Shown here: piece by piece, positions 36,484-45,441 of the stretch | Layout of the letters: each line of letters starts with the position of its first letter | How positions within the stretch are numbered: the first letter of the stretch is position 1 | DNA from: a virus | Lineage: Duplodnaviria; Heunggongvirae; Uroviricota; Caudoviricetes | Length of the DNA: 64,000 nucleotides | IMG/VR virus record: IMGVR_UViG_3300034072_002212 | Location: 94,417 to 158,416 of that record | Strand: one strand, 5' to 3' | The notes under the pieces: generated by a model | The model's input: only the letters and a program-made list of their open reading frames with translations | Database searches by the model: none | Told to the model about the DNA's origin: nothing | Made by a program: the position numbers and the translations under genes

Positions 36484-36817
36484 AGGGATCTTTCATATGG
36501 TTTCTGACATAGGCGTCAACCACTTCCTTGGGCTGACTAGCAACAAACATGAGGAACACCTCATGGATAGCATAGCGGGAGCCGCGCGTCGTGATAAAGC
36601 ACTGATCCTCGAGAGCCTGGAGTTGGTGCTTGAGCTTCTCGGCCAGGGTATATTTGGAATACTTGCTGCGGTTGAACTCCTCGGGGTCAACGTGGCGGAC
36701 CACATCCGTGATGTTCATCCAGATCATGCCATCATCGGGAAGGGTTCCAGCGAGCTTGGCAAACACCGTCTGCCGAATAAAGGCATCTAGGACTGCTCGC
36801 GCAGAGTGATCAGTCAT
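36476..36817 (-). CDS. Hypothetical protein
   Basis: Start MTDHSAR overlapping upstream stop. Confidence 0.55.
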   Translation of the reverse strand: MTDHSARAVLDAFIRQTVFAKLAGTLPDDGMIWMNITDVVRHVDPEEFNRSKYSKYTLAEKLKHQLQALEDQCFITTRGSRYAIHEVFLMFVASQPKEVVDAYVRNHMKDPYG

Positions 36818-37457
36818 CCGACGACCAGCCCGTGATGTAGATGCGCTTGTTTTCCCAGTCCATGTTGGCGTAGGTGCCACAATCATGTCCGTAGCCATCC
36901 GGCCGGCTGGTCAGGATCCAACCGGAAGGCCGGAAGTTCTCGAAGCTCACGCCGGCCGGGATCTCCCAGCCCTTGCTCACGAAATAGTCCTTGGCGGTTT
37001 CGTCCGTGAGGGCCAGCACTTCCTGGTATTCAGGCATCACGCCCTTGAGTTCTTGTTCGAAGCGGGTGTTGACGGCATCGCGAATTGCGGCCGTGCGACA
37101 ATTCTGCCACTCCTCGACCTGAGCACGCCACTCGATGTATTCGGGCATCTTCTTGATGTCGCCAGGCTTGGGCAGCGCCACATAAACCCGAGGCTTCTTG
37201 CCCGATCCCTTGCTGATGGTGAAATTCTTGTGCGACTTGGAGTAGTCGAAATCGCGCAGGGTGAAGATGTTGTAGAACACCTTGCTGGTGTCAACACAGA
37301 CCCTGATGTCGTTGGCCGCACTGTCGATGACTTCGAGCCAAAGCTCAGGATAGCTTGCCTGGAACTCGTTGATGACCTTGGTGCGGGTTTCACCTTCGAT
37401 CTTGCTACGCACAGGGTAGCCAAACATCGCAGTTACCAGGTCACCAATGTCTACCAT
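36810..37457 (-). CDS. Hypothetical protein
   Basis: 215 aa; AAGGAG RBS and sigma70-like promoter. Confidence 0.7.
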   Translation of the reverse strand: MVDIGDLVTAMFGYPVRSKIEGETRTKVINEFQASYPELWLEVIDSAANDIRVCVDTSKVFYNIFTLRDFDYSKSHKNFTISKGSGKKPRVYVALPKPGDIKKMPEYIEWRAQVEEWQNCRTAAIRDAVNTRFEQELKGVMPEYQEVLALTDETAKDYFVSKGWEIPAGVSFENFRPSGWILTSRPDGYGHDCGTYANMDWENKRIYITGWSSDD

Positions 37458-37481
37458 TTCCGATCTCCTTTTCTTGAGATC

Positions 37482-37509
37482 ACAATAGCAGGTCTGGTGT
37501 TCCTGTCAA
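37482..37509 (-). promoter_or_regulatory. Sigma70-like early promoter
   Basis: TTGACA-N16-TATTGT with TG extension. Confidence 0.65.
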
Positions 37510-37569
37510 GCCAAGAACACCAGAAAGATCACCAGAAAAGTGAGATACCAGCGAATAAAGTAGAACTTG

Positions 37570-38160
37570 TCAGGCTCGGGGGAGTCGACGAAGTTCTCGG
37601 TTGATATTCTCGTCACGGTATAGGGGACGGGCGGCCTTGTAAGCAGCACGGGTGACTTGCTTGAGGAAAGTTTCCGCTGCGTCGACAGCTTCGCCGAGTG
37701 TCGCATAAGTGCCGATCTGCTCCTTTCCGTTGAGGACCTGGGCGAACTCGCTGTAGAGGCGATATTCGTCTTTAGCGTTCTCGAGCATGTTGATGCCGTT
37801 GAACATCACCGGGCCACGATGTTTGTCGTTCTGAATATAGTAGGCCGAAAGACCGTTCTCACCCTCGCGCGACCACACGCCGGGGTTCTTGGCCGATACC
37901 AGTGGATGCTGGGGCTGGGCCGCGAGCTGCTTCTGCCGTTCGGCTTGGTCCGCAGCACGGATTTCCGGAAGCCAGGAATAAGCCTCGCTCTCACTGGGCT
38001 CGTATCCGGTCTCGGCGACCAGATCTCGAAACTCCTTCATGAGCCGGCGGTGCTTGCGCTCCACTTGGCTGCGCGACAGTTCACCATCGCAGGTCAGGTT
38101 CTCGGGGCTCAGTGCGCTGTAGATGTCCAGAAACTTGCGCTTGTGGTCCAACGTGAGCAT
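37570..38160 (-). CDS. Hypothetical protein
   Basis: 196 aa; LSPENLTCDGELSR motif; RBS and promoter. Confidence 0.7.
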   Translation of the reverse strand: MLTLDHKRKFLDIYSALSPENLTCDGELSRSQVERKHRRLMKEFRDLVAETGYEPSESEAYSWLPEIRAADQAERQKQLAAQPQHPLVSAKNPGVWSREGENGLSAYYIQNDKHRGPVMFNGINMLENAKDEYRLYSEFAQVLNGKEQIGTYATLGEAVDAAETFLKQVTRAAYKAARPLYRDENINRELRRLPRA

Positions 38161-38188
38161 TTCCGATCTCCTTATTGCCTATGTTCTG

Positions 38189-38216
38189 GTGATAGCACCA
38201 GAACAGGGCGAGTCAA
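38189..38216 (-). promoter_or_regulatory. Sigma70-like early promoter
   Basis: TTGACT-N16-TATCAC with TG extension. Confidence 0.55.
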
Positions 38217-38692
38217 CCAGAATATCGAAGATATCTATCCACTGCGCCACGACGGCCAATATAGATGCCCCACGTATCATCCAGAGAGCTTCGGGTGCTC
38301 TCGAGCATCGAGGAACGGCGCCAGCCGGCGATATTGAAGACGTTGGATCTCGCACGATAGCGATTCTGACCATCGTAAGCGATGTCTATGAGGGAACCAA
38401 AGCGATCTCTGATGTCTCGCTTGATCTTCTCTTCCTCGGCAAAACAGGAATTCTTGAGACAACGTAGCGGGCAGTCCAGCTTGAGCGACAGAACTCGTTC
38501 GCGATCTTGCGGCCGCAGGTCATCAAAGTTGGTGTAGAGAACCCGAGCAATATCCTCGGGTGAATAGAACGTGTGATCCTCACCCAAAGCTAGTTCTCTG
38601 AGTCGGAGAGCATAGAGGACACGCCAGACGTCGTAGGGATGCTGACGAAGCATCTTCCTATTGGGATCGATCTTGCGGTTTATAACGCCCAT
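38213..38692 (-). CDS. Hypothetical protein
   Basis: 159 aa ORF after the neck gene. Confidence 0.45.
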   Translation of the reverse strand: MGVINRKIDPNRKMLRQHPYDVWRVLYALRLRELALGEDHTFYSPEDIARVLYTNFDDLRPQDRERVLSLKLDCPLRCLKNSCFAEEEKIKRDIRDRFGSLIDIAYDGQNRYRARSNVFNIAGWRRSSMLESTRSSLDDTWGIYIGRRGAVDRYLRYSG

Positions 38693-38722
38693 ACCAACTG
38701 GATAGCATGGGCGCTAAGAAGA

Positions 38723-39475
38723 TCAACCGAAAAGGAAGCCGTAGCCTAGGTTCTGTTCAACCTGATTGCTGAGTTCGAGGAGCAGATTGTCCATTTCCTG
38801 CTGGCCTTCTGCCTTGAGGGCATCGCCGTTCAACGTGGTGCCACCCTGTGGACCAATGAAGCTACCAAAGCGCGAACGTGCTTCACCTAGCATGACCTTG
38901 CACTGCGCGGTGGTGAAACGAACCAGCCAAGGGCGGGCATAGGTATCTCCGAGGATCAGCTCATCGGGACGACGCACATACAGCCAAAGCATCACCGTTT
39001 CTGGAGCTCGAGGCTTGCGCTGAATGTCCAAGCGATGGCGAGTTGGGTGCCAGTTGAACATGATATGGAAACCAAACATTCTGCCTACAAGTTCCTGGAA
39101 ACCAGTGAACAGTTCATAGGTCACAAGGCTAGGCATGCCAGCACTCTGTCCCTGACCTAGCAAAAGGTTGTTGTTCACTGCGGCCGCAAATGGCTCAAAG
39201 TCAGCGCCAACTCCGGAAAAAGCACCACCGGTGCCTGCTCGGAAGATCTGACGGACTTCCTGAACTTCCTCAGGCAGGTAATATTCACTTTGTTCAGGCT
39301 GTAGTTCGAGGAAGCCAAAACGCTCTTCCACCGAGTTTGCCGAACGCTGGCGGTAAGTCGCAAGAGCAAAGTCCAGAGCATCTTCATAATGCTCAGGAGT
39401 TAGTTCCACGTTGACCATACCACCACCAAGGCGGCGCCACACTTCCTTGATCAAGATTTCGCGCTGAGTCTTCAT
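38723..39475 (-). CDS. gp13: Neck protein (gp13-like)
   Basis: RRLGGGMVNVEL, WLVRFTTAQCKVMLGEARSRF, GPQGGTTLNGDALK. Confidence 0.85.
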   Translation of the reverse strand: MKTQREILIKEVWRRLGGGMVNVELTPEHYEDALDFALATYRQRSANSVEERFGFLELQPEQSEYYLPEEVQEVRQIFRAGTGGAFSGVGADFEPFAAAVNNNLLLGQGQSAGMPSLVTYELFTGFQELVGRMFGFHIMFNWHPTRHRLDIQRKPRAPETVMLWLYVRRPDELILGDTYARPWLVRFTTAQCKVMLGEARSRFGSFIGPQGGTTLNGDALKAEGQQEMDNLLLELSNQVEQNLGYGFLFG

Positions 39476-39540
39476 GTCCGATCCTCCCTCTGGGCTACCC
39501 ATATTTAGTGATAAGTAGTTGACTGGCTAGGAGGATCGGT

Positions 39541-40665
39541 ATGTCAAAGATGTCGTTGTGGAATCGCAACAAGAATGACGACTACTATTTCATCGACAAT
39601 CAGGTTCGCCAACAGTTTAACATTGGCGGCGTCGAAGTTCTGCTTCACAAATACCTAGGTGTTCATGATCAGGGTGAGCAAGATGATGCCACCCAGCCAA
39701 GCGCAGCCAAGAGCAAGAAGAAGGGCATCAAGCAGATCCAAGATCTGTTCTTCCTCGAGAATCGTGACCGCGCTTACGATGCGAATGTCTACGAGATGCG
39801 TGCGTCCTACAACGTTCAGGACACTGAGTTCGATATTCGTCAGTTCGGTCTCTTCCTGGAGGCTGACACACTCTACTTGGAGTTCCACATCAACGACACA
39901 CTGGAGAAGATCGGCCGTAAGCTGATGTCCGGTGACGTGTTGGAATTTCCTCACCTGCGTGATGATGCGCTTCTTGAAGAAGATGCTCCGGCGGTGAACA
40001 AATTCTATGTGGTTCAGGACGTGAGCCGTTCTGCCGGTGGTTGGTCTCAGGTCTGGCGCCCACACATTTTCCGCGTGAAGTGCAAGCCACTCACTGACAG
40101 CCAGGAATACAAGGACATTCTCGAGAAAGCAGCAACCGACGCCAATGGCGACGACACTGGTTTCAACATTCGCGACCTGATCAGCGACTTCAGGGATCAG
40201 ATTGAAATCAGTGATGCTCTGGTCGAACAGGCCAACAAGGATGTTCACCTACGCAACTTCGAGACTGCTCACTTCTATGTTGTTCCCGGTGACGAAATGG
40301 GCAAGCAATATCCATGGATCTTCGCTGGCGACGGTAAGCCACCAAATGGAGCAAAGCTCGCAGGTTCAGGCATCAGCTTCCCAGAAGAAGCCAAGGATGG
40401 TGATTGGTTCCTACACCTTGGTATGGATCCCAATGTTCTCTACCAGTTCGTAGGCAACAAAGAGTTGGATCAATTTGGTCAGCCAGTTGGCGCAGGCGGC
40501 GGAGTTTGGGAACGCCGTGAAGTTGACCTTCGCAAGAAGTGGCAGGCTGCTCACAGGATCCTGGAGAGTTTCATCAACAACGACAATGTGAATGAAATCG
40601 GCGGCGAGCAGGTCAAGGAGAAGGTCGCTCTCTCCAAGGCCATCAAGCCGCGCGCAGATTTTTAA
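39541..40665 (+). CDS. Neck/head-closure protein (gp14-like)
   Basis: IQDLFFLENRDRAYD, QFGLFL..D.L, GRKLMSGDVLEFPHL. Confidence 0.7.
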   Translation: MSKMSLWNRNKNDDYYFIDNQVRQQFNIGGVEVLLHKYLGVHDQGEQDDATQPSAAKSKKKGIKQIQDLFFLENRDRAYDANVYEMRASYNVQDTEFDIRQFGLFLEADTLYLEFHINDTLEKIGRKLMSGDVLEFPHLRDDALLEEDAPAVNKFYVVQDVSRSAGGWSQVWRPHIFRVKCKPLTDSQEYKDILEKAATDANGDDTGFNIRDLISDFRDQIEISDALVEQANKDVHLRNFETAHFYVVPGDEMGKQYPWIFAGDGKPPNGAKLAGSGISFPEEAKDGDWFLHLGMDPNVLYQFVGNKELDQFGQPVGAGGGVWERREVDLRKKWQAAHRILESFINNDNVNEIGGEQVKEKVALSKAIKPRADF

Positions 40666-40676
40666 GGAGAGATCGC

Positions 40677-41117
40677 ATGAAGATTAGTCCTAAGGGCATC
40701 CACCTCATCAAGCACTTTGAGGGCTTCAAGGCCAAGGCTTATATCTGCCCAGCAGGTGTTCTGACCATTGGCTACGGCACCACCTCTGGTGTTAAAAAGG
40801 GCATGGTGGTAACGGAAAGTCAGGCAGAGCAAATGCTTATTGCCGACTGCACCAAGTTTGAAAAGGTCGTCAATGATTCTGTCAAGGTCAAGCTGACCCA
40901 GGATCAGTTCGACGCTTTGGTTGCTTTTGTCTACAACGTAGGCCCAGGCAACTTTAAGACCTCGACCCTATTGAAGAAGCTCAATCTGGGCGACTACACT
41001 AGCGTACCAACTCAGATGGCTCGCTGGAACAAGGGCAACGGTAGGACTCTTGAGGGCCTAGTCCGTCGTCGCAGGTCTGAGGGTATTTTGTTCTCGACTG
41101 GCAAGCTGGCCTACTAA
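40677..41117 (+). CDS. GH24 lysozyme (endolysin/muramidase)
   Basis: LIKHFEG, YICPAGVLTIGYGT, LTQDQFDALVAFVYNVG, GLVRRRRSE. Confidence 0.92.
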   Translation: MKISPKGIHLIKHFEGFKAKAYICPAGVLTIGYGTTSGVKKGMVVTESQAEQMLIADCTKFEKVVNDSVKVKLTQDQFDALVAFVYNVGPGNFKTSTLLKKLNLGDYTSVPTQMARWNKGNGRTLEGLVRRRRSEGILFSTGKLAY

Positions 41118-41126
41118 GAGGTTCTC

Positions 41127-42515
41127 ATGGCTCTAGATTTTTGGTATGATGGACAGTTGCGCCGTTATTGGTTGCAGTTTGGTCGCATCTTTGAAGGATT
41201 TCAATACGAGAGCGGTGTTGGTGCGAATGGCACCAAGACTCTCCGCACCTTCCCTGTGAGCCTTGGAACCAAGAATCGACAGGTGGGTCATATCCTGAGG
41301 AACAACAGTGAGAACACCGTTCTCAGCACCCCTAGGATTACCTTTGAAATGATTGATGTCCAGCTGTCTCCAGATAGGCGTCAGACTCCAAATCACGTCT
41401 CAACCGTGAACATCTTTGAACGCGCCATTGATCCAGCGACCAATCGCTACACTGGTGAACTAGGCAAGACCTACACGGTCGAACGCTACATGGCTGTCCC
41501 ATATGACATGACCATGAGGGTGAACATCTGGACTTCCAATGAACAGCAGAAGCATCAGTTCATGGAACAGGTCATGGTGCTCTTCAACCCCAGCATTGAT
41601 CTTCAGACTGGCGACAATCCTATTGATTGGACCAGTCTGACCATCGTGGAACTGGACACTATACAGTGGACCAATCGTGAACTGCCAATTGGCACTGACG
41701 ATGACATTGAGATCAGCACTCTCACATTTAAGATGCCGATCTGGATGTCGCCACCTGCTAAGATCAAGCGTCAGAACATCATCCATCAGATCATCACCAA
41801 CATCGGTGAAATGAACAAGACCTATGTGGATGAACAAGCCGGTGGTTACAACTTCTCCAGCAAGGATATGCACACTAGGGTCATCGTCACACCTGGCAAT
41901 CATCAGGCTCGTGCCGAGGTTCTCTTGGATGCTGATGGTCGTCCATACTGTGAAGTCACTCTGCTGAGTGAAGAAGGTCTAGACACTGATCCACAGGGAG
42001 CCAAGTGGGATTGGCGTTCACTGCTGAACCGCTATGGGCAATATCGCAAGGGTGTCAGCCAGTTCCGTCTCAAGACCACCAATGACATGGATGACCATGA
42101 CAGCGATATTATTGGTATCTTTGACTTTCATCCAACTGAATCCAACAAGCTGCTCTGGACTCCTGACCAAGAGACTCTACCAATGAACACGCTTCAGACG
42201 ATCAATGGTATGATCTCTCCCAACGCAGGACATGCTCCGGGACGTGGTTTGCCTGAAGCTGCCGAGGGCCAGCGTTATCTACTGGCCGACGACCTACATG
42301 CGGTTGCTGAGTGGGACAATCTCGTCGCTCATGAGAACGACATTGTGGAATACAAAGATGGCTCTTGGAAGCTGGTCTTTGACGCTTCCATGGTCACTGA
42401 CCCCAAGGTGGTCCTAAACGGTCGCTCTGGTAAGCAGCTACGTTGGACCGGTGAAATGTGGGTTGATGCTATTTCGGCAGATTACAACCCCGGCTATTGG
42501 AGGGTCTTCCTCTAA
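41127..42515 (+). CDS. gp15: Tail terminator / sheath stabilizer (gp15-like)
   Basis: FWYDGQLRRY, VPYDMTMRVNIW, QVMVLFNPS, ISTLTFKMPIW. Confidence 0.8.
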   Translation: MALDFWYDGQLRRYWLQFGRIFEGFQYESGVGANGTKTLRTFPVSLGTKNRQVGHILRNNSENTVLSTPRITFEMIDVQLSPDRRQTPNHVSTVNIFERAIDPATNRYTGELGKTYTVERYMAVPYDMTMRVNIWTSNEQQKHQFMEQVMVLFNPSIDLQTGDNPIDWTSLTIVELDTIQWTNRELPIGTDDDIEISTLTFKMPIWMSPPAKIKRQNIIHQIITNIGEMNKTYVDEQAGGYNFSSKDMHTRVIVTPGNHQARAEVLLDADGRPYCEVTLLSEEGLDTDPQGAKWDWRSLLNRYGQYRKGVSQFRLKTTNDMDDHDSDIIGIFDFHPTESNKLLWTPDQETLPMNTLQTINGMISPNAGHAPGRGLPEAAEGQRYLLADDLHAVAEWDNLVAHENDIVEYKDGSWKLVFDASMVTDPKVVLNGRSGKQLRWTGEMWVDAISADYNPGYWRVFL

Positions 42516-42570
42516 CACTTGGAGGCTCGTGCGAAACTTTGAACACCTAGCAGGATGAAACGGCAGTCCG

Positions 42571-42786
42571 TTAAGGTTCCTGTGTAACGTTCTTGCGAGC
42601 CTCCAATTGCTTTTGATACCACTCCACCGAGTGGATCGGCCCACAGAAATCCAGCTTTACGTCCGTGAACTCCGAGAGTTTGGGGTTGGCCCAATAGAGA
42701 CCATATCCACGCTCATCCTTGCGATAGTTGGAATTCTCCAGCGCCATACCGCAGACATGGCACTTGGTTCCGCTCAAACCAAACAT
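42571..42786 (-). CDS. Small zinc-binding (TRASH/MYM-like) protein
   Basis: CHVC...FCGPIH. Confidence 0.45.
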   Translation of the reverse strand: MFGLSGTKCHVCGMALENSNYRKDERGYGLYWANPKLSEFTDVKLDFCGPIHSVEWYQKQLEARKNVTQEP

Positions 42787-42837
42787 ATTGACTCCTTTGA
42801 TCACCGCTCACTACAGGTTAGGTGAAGGAAGGTCAAG

Positions 42838-43224
42838 ATGCCACAGGTTCAAAGCAAGGTCGTTATCCGCTATCTCGATTGCGATGGTACCTACACCTAT
42901 ATGGGTGCGCCTTGGGAGGACTCATATGGTGATCAAAGGTTTGGCTCTGAATATACATTCGAGGATGCCTTTGATCTCAGTGAATCATCGAACGGGGAAG
43001 TCATGGACTTTCTGGAGAAATACCAGGACGAGAACGAGGGCTTTGACTGCGAACTTGTGAAGATCACGATCTCCACTGAGATTGAAGATCTGATGGAGGA
43101 TGACCCCGAGTTCAAGGAATTGCGTCAGAGGGCTGCGCTCAAGAAGCTCACTGAGGCTGAGATCAAAGCTCTGGGTATCACCAATATCGCTGTCTATATC
43201 AAGACAAAGTATCACAACGTATGA
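42838..43224 (+). CDS. Hypothetical protein (ALKKL.E.E motif family)
   Basis: C-terminus RAALKKLTEAEIKALG. Confidence 0.7.
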   Translation: MPQVQSKVVIRYLDCDGTYTYMGAPWEDSYGDQRFGSEYTFEDAFDLSESSNGEVMDFLEKYQDENEGFDCELVKITISTEIEDLMEDDPEFKELRQRAALKKLTEAEIKALGITNIAVYIKTKYHNV

Positions 43225-43649
43225 GCAAGGTAGTAGAAGAGCGCAGGGTTATCCGCGTGACCACCACGTGGGGTTATGATCGTGATATGGCTCTGAAATA
43301 CATCTACATTCCCACCAAAGACAATGACCACAAGGGCGCAACCCTTCGCGCCCATGAGGGTTACCGTGGGGTAGATGATCTGCGCGATGCCACGGACATG
43401 AACACCTTTCCCGAAGACCGAGTGATGAGGATGTTCTTCAGCATCAAGGAAAGGCTGTGTGCTAAGAGCTCAATTGATCTTGTGAATCTGAAGCTCACCA
43501 TGGAAGCGACTCCTGTGACCTTCGATGAAGATGAGATGAGGGAATATCTGCGCGCCACGGCTTTGAAGAAGCTGTCAGAGGATGAGATCATCGCTCTCGG
43601 CGTGGGCAACCTTGCCATCTACGACAAGCTGAAGAACCACAACGCTTGA
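43221..43649 (+). CDS. Hypothetical protein (ALKKL.E.E motif family)
   Basis: C-terminus TALKKLSEDEIIALG. Confidence 0.7.
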   Translation: MSKVVEERRVIRVTTTWGYDRDMALKYIYIPTKDNDHKGATLRAHEGYRGVDDLRDATDMNTFPEDRVMRMFFSIKERLCAKSSIDLVNLKLTMEATPVTFDEDEMREYLRATALKKLSEDEIIALGVGNLAIYDKLKNHNA

Positions 43650-43673
43650 CTCCTGAACACAACCTGTTACGGT
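43646..43673 (+). promoter_or_regulatory. Sigma70-like early promoter
   Basis: TTGACT-N16-TACGGT with TG extension, then AAGGAG RBS. Confidence 0.55.
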
Positions 43674-43690
43674 GACACAAAGGAGAACGT

Positions 43691-44323
43691 ATGGGCGTTG
43701 TTACAGTCTATAAGGTCAAGGACCTGGAGACCGGCCTCTTTCTGAACAAGAGTTGCGGCTGGGACAAAAAGGGCAAGACCTGGGAGAGTCTCGGTAAGCT
43801 CAAGCTGACGCTGGGTAACAACGGCTACTTCTCCGATCGCCACAACGGCGAGAGGCTCTTTGGTGACGACGTAAAGATCATCTCAATCAAGATAGTCGAA
43901 ACCGAGGACAACACCAGCGACATCGACGACTTCATCGAAAAGCATCGGCGCTATCAGGCGCTGGGCAAGAAGTTCGGCCGGTCGTTTCAGGACCTAGTCG
44001 AGCGCATCGAAGCCCAGGGACAGAACGAACAGTTCCAGTGGGTCCTAGCCGCCGAGGGAAGCTGGGACTGGACCAACAAGGTTCCCACGGGCGACTTCGC
44101 AGAGCTGCTTCAAATCTGCAAGGACCTCAAGCTCAAGCAGAACAAGGATTTCAAGCGCGCCAGCAATTATGGTGAAGGCGGCTGTGTGGCCTTCGCAAGC
44201 AAGCAGGTGGCGATGACGGTGCGCCTTTCGATGCGCGGTCGGTGTAAGGGTATCGACATCAAAGAATTTGTGGAAACAAATCTTGACGAGACCGAAACGG
44301 ACGCGCTAAATAGTAGCACATAA
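43691..44323 (+). CDS. Hypothetical protein
   Basis: 210 aa; YKVKDLETGLFL N-terminus; likely paralog of 53631-54215. Confidence 0.7.
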   Translation: MGVVTVYKVKDLETGLFLNKSCGWDKKGKTWESLGKLKLTLGNNGYFSDRHNGERLFGDDVKIISIKIVETEDNTSDIDDFIEKHRRYQALGKKFGRSFQDLVERIEAQGQNEQFQWVLAAEGSWDWTNKVPTGDFAELLQICKDLKLKQNKDFKRASNYGEGGCVAFASKQVAMTVRLSMRGRCKGIDIKEFVETNLDETETDALNSST

Positions 44324-44389
44324 CAAGCGTGGATCCCAGGGTCGCACCTTGTTATAGACAACAACCTATCAAACGGTAAGGTGAGTAAA

Positions 44390-45373
44390 ATGAATCTCAA
44401 GAACCAAATCCTCGATCTTTCGCGTCAGAACAACATCGGCGCACTCTCCCCATTCATCGACAAGATGTTCGACGAACAGCTCGCTGCAGGCGTCTTCCCG
44501 ACCACTGCCAAGCTGGAACAGGTTCGCGACGACATCATCGCTTTCCTCGTCGGCTATCGCGAGCAGACGGGACGTGACACGGTGGTCCTCGGAATGTCGG
44601 GCGGTGTTGACTCGGCTCTGACCGCAGCACTGTTCAAGAGCGCCGGCTGGCGCGTGGTCGGCTTCACGCTGCCCATCAACCAGAACCCAGACGAGACGGC
44701 GCGCGGCATCGAGGCTTGCGAAGCCCTCGATATCGAGCATTTCCAGAAGGACCTGACCAAGGCCTACAATGCTCTGCTCGATGAAGTCGCCGAGCATGAT
44801 CCCCTGCTGCTCGATCTCGACAGCAAGGACACGGCAGTTCTCATCCGTCGCGGCAACATCCGCGCCCGTGCTCGCATGATCACGCTCTACAACATGGCCA
44901 ATTTCCACAACGGCATCGTGGCCTCGACCGACAACTTCAGCGAACTGGCGGCCGGCTTCTGGACCCTCCACGGCGACGTAGGCGACGTTTCGCCCATCCA
45001 GGCTCTGCTGAAGAGCTGGGAGGTCCCCTACATTTCGAGCATCGCCGGCGTGCCCGAGAGCACCTATCGCGCCACGCCGACCGATGGTCTCGGCATCAGC
45101 AATGGTGACGAAGCGCAGCTGGGCGCCAGCTACCTCGAATGGGACATCATGGTCAACGCCATGATCCAGTATGATCTGGCCTCGCTGGAGGCAATGATCG
45201 CAGAGAGCGGCGACATCCGCGCTGCGGAGGTGTTCGAGGCAGTCACGCGCCGCCTAGGCGGCAGCTGGTTCAAGCGCATGAATCCGGTCAACACCAAGCA
45301 CCCGCTCTTCCCCGAGCGGTATGAGCAGCTGGCCGGCGTCGACCAGGAGTTCCATCCCGCGGTCGTCCGCTAA
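44390..45373 (+). CDS. nadE: NH3-dependent NAD+ synthetase
   Basis: LGMSGGVDSAL, GNIRARARM, STDNFSE..AGFWTLHGD, PTDGL, DEAQLG..Y. Confidence 0.92.
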   Translation: MNLKNQILDLSRQNNIGALSPFIDKMFDEQLAAGVFPTTAKLEQVRDDIIAFLVGYREQTGRDTVVLGMSGGVDSALTAALFKSAGWRVVGFTLPINQNPDETARGIEACEALDIEHFQKDLTKAYNALLDEVAEHDPLLLDLDSKDTAVLIRRGNIRARARMITLYNMANFHNGIVASTDNFSELAAGFWTLHGDVGDVSPIQALLKSWEVPYISSIAGVPESTYRATPTDGLGISNGDEAQLGASYLEWDIMVNAMIQYDLASLEAMIAESGDIRAAEVFEAVTRRLGGSWFKRMNPVNTKHPLFPERYEQLAGVDQEFHPAVVR

Positions 45374-45441
45374 CCACCTTTCGGTTGCGATAGCATGGAA
45401 ACATGCTATCGCACCAATTGTAACCAGAAAGGAGGCCAGCA

